Made by a program: the position numbers and the translations under genes. Below, in pieces: positions 56,895 to 64,000 of a DNA stretch of 64,000 nt (positions are counted from its first letter, which is position 1; each line of letters opens with the position of its first letter). Source of the DNA: Heteronotia binoei (taxonomy: Eukaryota); NCBI RefSeq assembly GCF_032191835.1, contig NC_083227.1, forward strand, positions 248,001-312,000. The letters run 5' to 3'. A model generated the notes under the pieces. The model was not told the DNA's origin. It did no database searches and saw only the letters and a program-made list of their open reading frames with translations.

Positions 56895-58403
56895 ATGGAG
56901 GCCTCCATCGTCCACGTGGACTTCCCGGAGATCACCAGCGCCCTCCTGGAGAACCTGAACCAGCAGCGGCTGGAGGGGAAGCTGTGCGACATCTCCATCC
57001 ACGTGCAGGGCCGCATCTTCCGGGCGCACCGGGCGGTGCTGGCGGCCTCCTCCCCCTACTTCCACGACCAGGTGCTGCTGAAGAACATGATGTCCATCGT
57101 GCTGCCCAGCGTCATGGACCCCGTGGCCTTCGAGATGGTGCTGGGCTCGGCCTACACGGGCAAGCTCAGCATGGCCTCGGACGAGATCGTCAACTACCTG
57201 ACGGTGGGCAGCGTCCTGCAGATGTGGCACATCGTGGACAAGTGCACGGAGCTGCTCAAGGAGCGTCGCGGGGCCCTCCTGGGGCCGTCCTCCACCTCCT
57301 CCTGCTCCCGGCCTCACTCCAGCCGCACCAGCGACAACCAGTCCCCCAGCAGCAGCAACTACTTCAGCCCCCGGGACTCCGGAGACGGCCCGGAGCCCCC
57401 CAAGTACCTCCCGCGGGGGGGAGCCGCCTCGGCCGGGGAGCGGGACGATGAGGAGGTCATCTTCCAGGCGGAGAAAGGCCCCTCGCGCTGTGCAGACCCC
57501 TTCGCCGGGGGCAGCAAGTTCATCCTGGAGACGGACGACGACGTCAGCGACAGCGGGGAGACGACGGGCAGCTGCGAGGGGCGCCGGCCGGCCTACGTGC
57601 GGCCCAGCATCATGCCCCAGAAGCAGTGGGTCTTTGTCAAGAAGGAGCGCTCGCAGGAGGACCTGGTGCTGACGTGTGAGGAAGACGAGGACCCCGTGGA
57701 AGCGGCCGGCCCGGCCCCCGAGGCGGCCGCCCTCAGCATCACCGACGTGCGGACCCTGACGAAGCCCGGCGGGGGCGGCCCTCGCAAGCTGGAGGAGCAG
57801 GTGAACTTCTGCGAGTCTTCGGAGGACTTCCCCTCGCCCTACGAGGGCCTGGAGGACGCCTCGCCGCTCCCCGGCTCCTTCCCGCAGCGCTCGCTGATGC
57901 CCATGGACATGCAGGGGAACCAGATCCTGGTCTTCCCCCCGCAGGCCCCCGTGGAGCACGGGGCGGTGCCGCTGGCCGCCAGCTCCGGGGACGGCAGCAA
58001 GATCTTCATGTGCCACTGCGGGAAGGCCTTCTCCCACAAGAGCATGCGCGACCGGCACGTCAACATGCACCTCAACCTGCGCCCCTTCGACTGCCCCGTC
58101 TGCAACAAGAAGTTCAAGATGAAGCACCACCTGACGGAACACATGAAGACCCACACGGGCCTCAAGCCCTACGAGTGCGATGTCTGCGCCAAGAAGTTCA
58201 TGTGGCGAGACAGCTTCATGCGCCACAAGGGCCACTGCGAGCGGCGCCACCGCCTGGGGGCGGGGGGGAGCGCAGGAGTGCCAGCCGCCTCCGGGACCGT
58301 CAAGAAGGAGGCCTCCCCCTCCCCCACCAGCGGGGACGCCGAGTGGGCCCCCGGACGCTCCCCCCGCGGAGAACTGGCCTTTGCTGGGAGCAGCAAGATG
58401 TGA
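56895..58403 (+). CDS. ZBTB22: zinc finger and BTB domain-containing protein 22, 502 aa, single coding exon
   Basis: BTB domain (VHVDFPEITSALLENLNQQRLEGKLCDISIHVQG...QMWHIVDKCTELL), SDNQSPSSSNYFSPR motif, three fingers (CHCGKAFSHKSMRDRHVNMH; CPVCNKKFKMKHHLTEHMKTH; CDVCAKKFMWRDSFMRHKGHC), Kozak context CACCATGG, and position between DAXX and TAPBP. Confidence 0.97.
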   Translation: MEASIVHVDFPEITSALLENLNQQRLEGKLCDISIHVQGRIFRAHRAVLAASSPYFHDQVLLKNMMSIVLPSVMDPVAFEMVLGSAYTGKLSMASDEIVNYLTVGSVLQMWHIVDKCTELLKERRGALLGPSSTSSCSRPHSSRTSDNQSPSSSNYFSPRDSGDGPEPPKYLPRGGAASAGERDDEEVIFQAEKGPSRCADPFAGGSKFILETDDDVSDSGETTGSCEGRRPAYVRPSIMPQKQWVFVKKERSQEDLVLTCEEDEDPVEAAGPAPEAAALSITDVRTLTKPGGGGPRKLEEQVNFCESSEDFPSPYEGLEDASPLPGSFPQRSLMPMDMQGNQILVFPPQAPVEHGAVPLAASSGDGSKIFMCHCGKAFSHKSMRDRHVNMHLNLRPFDCPVCNKKFKMKHHLTEHMKTHTGLKPYECDVCAKKFMWRDSFMRHKGHCERRHRLGAGGSAGVPAASGTVKKEASPSPTSGDAEWAPGRSPRGELAFAGSSKM

Positions 58404-60776
58404 GGGGGCCGGGGGGGGGCGGTCAGGCCGGAGTCCTCTCTGCTTTGCTGGCAGTTCCCCCAGCAGCCCCTTCACCCAGAAGAGTGGGGCAGAGCTCCTG
58501 CGTGGGGGGCAGTGCAGACTGAAGGGGGGGTGGAGCGGATTTTCCCCACTGAGTTTGCTGCCCTGCTGGTCATGGTGATCTGGACTCCCACTGGAGGCCC
58601 CAGGCCAGTGGCTGGCATTCCCCCTCCTGGGGGGCGGGGCTGGAGCCCCCAGGGACTGGATTTGCCCCCTCGGCCCCCCCAGCCAAGCCTCCTGCTGCTG
58701 CTGGTTGGTGTCTGTGTCTGTCTGCCTGGGAAGGGGCTGCCTCCCCCCTTGGGACGGAAGCCAGCACTACAGGCCTCTCGCCCCCCCGGGCTGTCTGGGG
58801 GGGTCCCCTCAAGTAGCAGCCCCCCCCCCCCGTGTATGTGTCTGTGTGTCTCTGTGGCTTTGGACCGGCACCCGTCGAGAGGGCAGAAGGGAAAGGGGGG
58901 GGGGGCTGTGGCAGAGCGCCTGCTTGGGATGCAGAAGGTCTCCAGTTCTCCTTGACTGCCCTGCAGGGGGGAGAGGGGGGCAGGCAGAGGTGGCCTTTCT
59001 CCCCCAGAGGGACCCAAGCGGATGGAATCGGTGGAAGGGAGCGTTCGCCTTTGGCTCCTTCCTTGCGGGGGGGGGGGGGAGTTTTGTTTCTGTCTTCAGC
59101 TTCTGCTGCTGCCCTGCTCTGGCCGGTCTCTGGGGGGCGGGGGGCTGAGGTCCCAGCGTCTGGGAAGGACAAAGGTCCACCTTGCAGACAGAACCAGCCG
59201 TCTTGACTACTGCCTTTTGTGGACCCCCCTCCCTGCCCCGCAGCCTCACCCTTCTGCTGTTTCTGCCTCTGTCACACCATCAAGTTTAGTTTTTTGTAAC
59301 CGAATCTGGTTTGGGCCTTTTTCTTTTTTTAAAGAAGTGATTATCTATAAATATTTATTGCTCTGTTTGACCCCCTTGCTGCCATTGGCTTCTGTCATCC
59401 TGTGGATTTTCCAGCTAAGGAGGGGTCGGGGGGGGGGCCACCTCGGTTCTGAAAGTTCTCGTGTGTTTGTGGGGCAAAGAGATTGTGGGGGGTCCCAGGA
59501 GTGTGGATTGGAGCCCCATGGGGGCTTTGGGCTTACGGGCTGCCAGGCCCATGCCAGATGTGGTCACCAGGGGGGGTACCTCGGGGGGGGACATGTCAGC
59601 CAAAGGCATTTTCCCACTGCAGTCCCCCCCCCCCCCCGCCATGTTCTGTCTCACCACAGAAGGGGTTTCAGCATGAATGCAAGCAAAAAAATCAATACTG
59701 CTACAAACAGCACTGCTGGAAAACAATACAATTGCTTCAATCCTATTAGAATTTAAACCAGTGTAGACAACGTATACAGGGTATCATACCTTCCCTCCAA
59801 AAAAAGTATGATTACAATACACTAGAAATCATTTGCGTCCAGCGTTTCCAGTAGAGGGATGGGTAATCTTCAACCATTCCTTCCTTCAGCACATGAAGGT
59901 CATAACACAGACGGCTTGAGATTCTTTCCAGTGGAAGGGCCAGGAAACCCTCACAGCCTCCCTGAGATGCCCCCTCTAGATTTCAAGACGCTTCAAGACT
60001 GGTCGTCTTCCGCTATCAGGCTGTCAAACTGGAACCTGAATTTCAGCGGCTTTTGACCCAGGCTTCCTTCCTTCTCCAGGGATTCCACTGTGAGCCATGA
60101 AGCTTGAGTCTGTGTCAGCTGCCCTCAGCCTGCTTCTGCGGGGAGGGCCCGATAGAAAGCAAATCCAGTCAATCAATCAATCAATCAAATTGACCTCAGG
60201 TTCAGCTCTGACAGCTTTTCTGGTTCCCTGAAGGAAGGCCTTGTGGAAGGCTCCTCATCCCTTCACTGGCAACGCTGCAAGCAACTGATTTGCGATGTCT
60301 TGTCATTCAGCATCTCCTGGAGGGGCCAGATGGGGGTGTTTGCTGCAGCTGTGCCATCCAGGCGGGCAGAGTTCATTGCCTCTTAATGTAGCTGCCTCTC
60401 CTGAAGTCCGCTGGGGTGGCTCCTGAGCCCCGGAGAACAGGTGACCATTTCCACTGCCCCACAAGCCAGACCCACGGCCGAGAGCAGCTCAGACCCCTCT
60501 GGAGGGCGAGAACCGGCAGCCCTTGCAGGAGGCCTGGCCAGGAGACCCCAGAGAGGGGACCCCCAATGCTTCTGCCTCTTGGAGCGACACCCCCTTCCTC
60601 TGGCCCACCCCTCTCCCCTCCTCCAGAAGCTGCTGGGCCAGGTGAGTCCGGGCCTTTCTCTCTCCCGGGAGCACTTCGGCCTGCCGTCTCTCGTTGCCTC
60701 CGTGGTCTGGGGGTGAGTTACACCGACTGCAAGTGACCGTAAGTGGGGGGGGGGGGGCGTTCTGGACAGAGCCCAG

Positions 60777-61215
60777 TGTCAAGCATTAGATCTCAAAGTA
60801 AACCAATCCTTGAATTATGAAACAAAGTTTGGTTTATTGATAATCCATGTGGCTCAGAGGAGCTAGGTATTGGAACTGATACAGAGTAACAGTAAAATGC
60901 ATACTTAAAGATGGCACATCAAAGGTTCCATAAACAATCCTACATTCTCTAAACAAATCTCTATTCACGTGTGAACTTTCTCACTGTAACTTCCTCATCT
61001 CCCTGCAGTCAGCGCTTCCTGTGTTCCAGCCTGGCTGGCATGGGAATTAGTCCCAGGAGGTCTTATCTTCAAAGAGTGCATTCCTGCATTTGTTAGTAAA
61101 GGCGAAAGGAGTGGGGGGGGGGGTTCTACTTTGATGTGCCCAAGCTAAATTTATGGTTAGTAACATTTCTATATACTGGTAACTATAATCAATAAATAAC
61201 AGACTATGCTTGACA
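60777..61215 (-). mobile_element. solo LTR, 439 bp
   Basis: TG...CA ends with a perfect 10-bp inverted repeat TGTCAAGCAT/ATGCTTGACA, 5-bp flanks CCCAG/CCCGG, AT-rich interior, and AATAAA on minus about 55 nt from the 3' end. Confidence 0.75.
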
Positions 61216-61569
61216 CCCGGGGCCAGCCTCTCAAGAGCTGCTGCCTTGTGGCTACTGCCTCGGCCTCGACCCTCTCAAGCTCAGCGGCTCCTTTCCAACT
61301 GCCCAGGACCACTGGGCTTGCACTCCCAAAAGGATGAGGTGGGCCCTCGAGGTCCAGCTTCTTGGGTGTGGGGCCCTGCGACTCCCATGGCCATCTTGAA
61401 GCCAGGGGCCCAGCTGGGGAGCCCTGCGGAGTCCTTCGTACACAGGCCCACTCTTTGGCTGGCTTTGTGGTGACTCCTGGAATTCCTCTCAAGGCTGGTC
61501 AGAAGAAGAGGAGGCTGGATTTAGCCTTCTCTGGGAGTCTTTCAGAATAGAGAAGGTAGAAGAAGAAGT

Positions 61570-62270
61570 CCTTTTGTAGTGGTGAAGTGTGTGGACTCTT
61601 ACCCGGGAGAACCGGGTTTGATTCCCCACTCCTCCACTTGCACCTGCTGGAATGGCCTTGGGTCAGCCATAGCTCTCATAGAGGTTGTCCATGAAAGGGC
61701 AGCTGCTGTAAGAGCTCTCTCAGCCCCCCCCCAACCTCACAGGGTGTTTGTTGTGGGGGAGGAAGGTAAAGGAGATTGTGAGCCGCTCTGAGTCTCTGAT
61801 TCAGAGAGAAGGGCGGGGTATAAATCTGCAATTCTTCTCTTCTTTTCTCCCTTTCTCACAATACAAGAACTCGTGGGCATTCGATGAAATTGCTGAGCAG
61901 TCGGGTTAGAACAGATAAAAGGAAGTACTTCTTTACCCCAAGGGTGATTAACATGTGGAACTCACTGCCACAGGAGGTGGTGGTGGCTACAAGCATAGCC
62001 AGCTTCAAGAGGGGATTGGATAAGCATGTGGAGCAGAGGTCCATCAGTGGCTGTTAGCCACGGCGTATTGTTGGGAGTCTCTGCCTGGGCAGTGATGCTC
62101 TGTACTCTTGGTGTTTGCGGGGGCGGGGGGCACAGTGGGAGGGCTTCTGGTATCCTGGCCTCACTGATGGACCTCCTGATGGCACCTGCTTTTCTTGGCC
62201 ACTGTGTGACACAGAGTGTTGGACTGGAGGGGCCACTGGCCTGATCCAACATGGCTTCTCTTATGTTCTT
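61570..62270 (+). mobile_element. Squam3-like SINE (about 61570-61840) joined to a CR1 3' fragment (about 61845-62270)
   Basis: SINE A/B boxes and tail, immediately followed by TTTTCTCCCTTTCTCACAATACAAGAACTCGTGGG (CR1 ORF2 end) and one tail module. Confidence 0.8.
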
Positions 62271-63142
62271 AGAGGGGCTTCCCTTCTCCTCCCCACAAGG
62301 GACACATGGTGGTGGGGGGGGCTGAGAGAGCTCTGAGAGAACCAGGGCTGATGCTGCCGATCTTCTGGGATGGAGGGATGATGGTTTGCCCTTGCCTGCC
62401 TCTGCTTCGTGACCCGGGGCTTCCGGTGGTTGGGGGTGGGGGTGGGCCGCCCACGTGGACTGCACCCTCTGTGCCCCTCCCCAGAGCCACCAGGGCAGCT
62501 GCGGGTTCAAGGAAGCATTCTCCCAAGCCCAGGCAGCCCCATCCTGTCAGGTCCCAGACGCAAAGCAGGGCGGCCTTGGCTGGTACTTGGAAGGGGCCTG
62601 AAGCCACCTCTGACTCACCACCAGGTGGGGTGAACTGTGGCTCCTCCCCACACATTCTGTGGCTCTGGGAGCCCCATTGGCCGGCTTGGAGAAAGCTTCT
62701 GTTTCTTGAAATCGCTCCTCCTAGTCAAGCCAACTGGTGGCTTGGAAAGTGCATTTAAAGTTGCTTTCTTTCCATATCGCCCTCCTCCATCTATTTCCTT
62801 TCCTCCCTCAAATGCTGGATGTTCATGTTGTGGAGCTCTCCAACATCTGGCTCTTGTATTGTGGAAGTTTGGCCAGTCCTGAGCCAGAACTTCTGCCTGC
62901 CAGACAATCTTGGGATCTCCAGGCTCTGCTGCAGCCACGGCCACACCGGGGGTGTCATTATAACAAACACAAGACGGCAGCGGCTTTGGGTGCCCAGTGG
63001 AGGGAAAGGGAAGGGAGTCACTGAGTGCCAAAGCAGAGTCCAGGTCTGGGGGATGCAGGAGGCCTTTGCCCACTGGGGGAGGGCGGGGAGGAGAGGGGGC
63101 TCGGTGCCACCCCCTCCCCCACACATCTCGGGAGGGGGGGGA

Positions 63143-63659
63143 GGGATTTCCGCCTGCTCCCCCTCATGCCTGGGGCTGGTCTGAGGCCGGGGGTCCCGCA
63201 TGGGGGCTTCTCAGCGGCTCGCCCACCGGCACACAACCCCCCTGCGAGGCAGGCCGCCGCTCTCGTCCAGCCGGCAGAGAGACGCCCCCTGACTCTGGCC
63301 GGCTTCGGGTCCTCTATCTGCGGGGGAGGCGGGCGCAGGACTCGGCCCCGCCACGGGGAGGCGCTCTGTGCATGCTCAGAGGCGGGCCCGCCCCAAGCCC
63401 CGCCCGGCTCCTGCCTTCCTCCGAAAGCGAAAGCGGCGGCGAGGGAGCTTCTGGGCGCAGCGGAGCGGCGGCGGCGGCGGCCTCGAGGGCGATGAAGGGC
63501 GCCACCACCACGCGGGCCCCCCCTTCCCTCCGCCTGCTGTTGTTGCTGCTGCTCGCGGGTGAGCGCTGCCGGGGCTGGGGGGCGGCTTGGCCGGACGGGC
63601 GGCTGCCTCCATGCGAGGGGGGGGGCGGAGGGGGGCCCTCTGCTGGCACTTTCACTTTC
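63143..63659 (+). promoter_or_regulatory. interferon- and NF-kB-type motifs around TAPBP exon 1
   Basis: GGGATTTCC at 63143-63151; GAAAGCGAAAG at 63423-63433; ACTTTCACTTTC (GAAAGTGAAAGT on minus) at 63648-63659 in intron 1. Confidence 0.65.
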
Positions 63660-63955
63660 TCTTCCTCCCACTGAGCCGCCTCCCCTCCCTCCCTCCCTCC
63701 CTCCCGGCCGTCTAGGTGCAGCGGCGGCGGCGGCGAGTGCGAATTCCGCGGCGGGCCCCCCCGGCGGCGCCTTGCGGGTGGGCTGCTGGTTCGTGGAGGA
63801 GACGGGGGGCGGCGGGTCGGTGATGCCCAGCCAGCTGAAGCAGCGCCCCGCCCTGCTGCTCCTGCCCCCGCCCGGGAGACGGCTGCTGCCCCGGGAGGAG
63901 GAGGAGGCCGAGCTGCCCCCCGACGTCGAGCCCGCCTTGGCCTTCCAGCTCCTCG
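63492..63955 (+). CDS. TAPBP: tapasin (TAP-binding protein), exons 1-2; the gene continues past the window end
   Basis: Exon 63492-63558 encodes the signal peptide MKGATTTRAPPSLRLLLLLLLA. Exon 63716-63955 encodes ...LRVGCWFVEETGGGGSVMPSQLKQRPALLLL...LPPDVEPALAFQLL, matching the tapasin CWFVE...RP.ALLL signature. Both are phase-1 GT-AG; synteny with ZBTB22 and DAXX fits. Confidence 0.92.
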
Positions 63956-64000
63956 GTAGGTCCCGGGGGGGCGGGCGGGCGGGGGGGCCTCCCAGCAGGG

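Noticed and set aside
56742-58475. 577-aa antisense ORF over ZBTB22 (and the 323-aa ORF antisense to DAXX exon 2, 41201-42172)
   Set aside because: Expected shadow of strong GC3 codon bias on the coding strand; no recognisable motif.

Overview
Vertebrate, not prokaryotic, DNA. The SINE/LINE content points to a squamate, probably a gecko (inference). The window is part of the extended MHC class II / tapasin region. Genes reconstructed by eye from splice sites and recalled orthologue sequences: PHF1 (minus, 13 coding exons), KIFC1 (plus, 17 coding exons, head-to-head with PHF1), DAXX (plus, 7 coding exons), ZBTB22 (plus, one coding exon) and the first two exons of TAPBP (plus, runs off the window end). 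PHF1 and KIFC1 carry many 1-bp indels and KIFC1 spans two N gaps, most likely assembly error; DAXX, ZBTB22 and TAPBP read cleanly. Introns and spacers are filled with CR1 and L2 LINE ends, three SINE types, hAT-like MITEs, a solo LTR and Penelope-like fragments. Main unexpected signals: (1) repeated tandem amplification of small retroposon modules (67-bp CR1 3' hairpin plus tail, 79-bp SINE B-box module, whole tRNA-SINEs); (2) a hammerhead ribozyme fold in an inverted Penelope-like repeat between DAXX and ZBTB22; (3) a CHR/CCAAT bidirectional PHF1-KIFC1 promoter, implying KIFC1 is inverted relative to human; (4) a possible antisense transcript from the DAXX promoter; (5) IRF and kB motifs at TAPBP. 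No database search was run; repeat family names come from recalled consensus sequences, and repeat boundaries and copy numbers are approximate.
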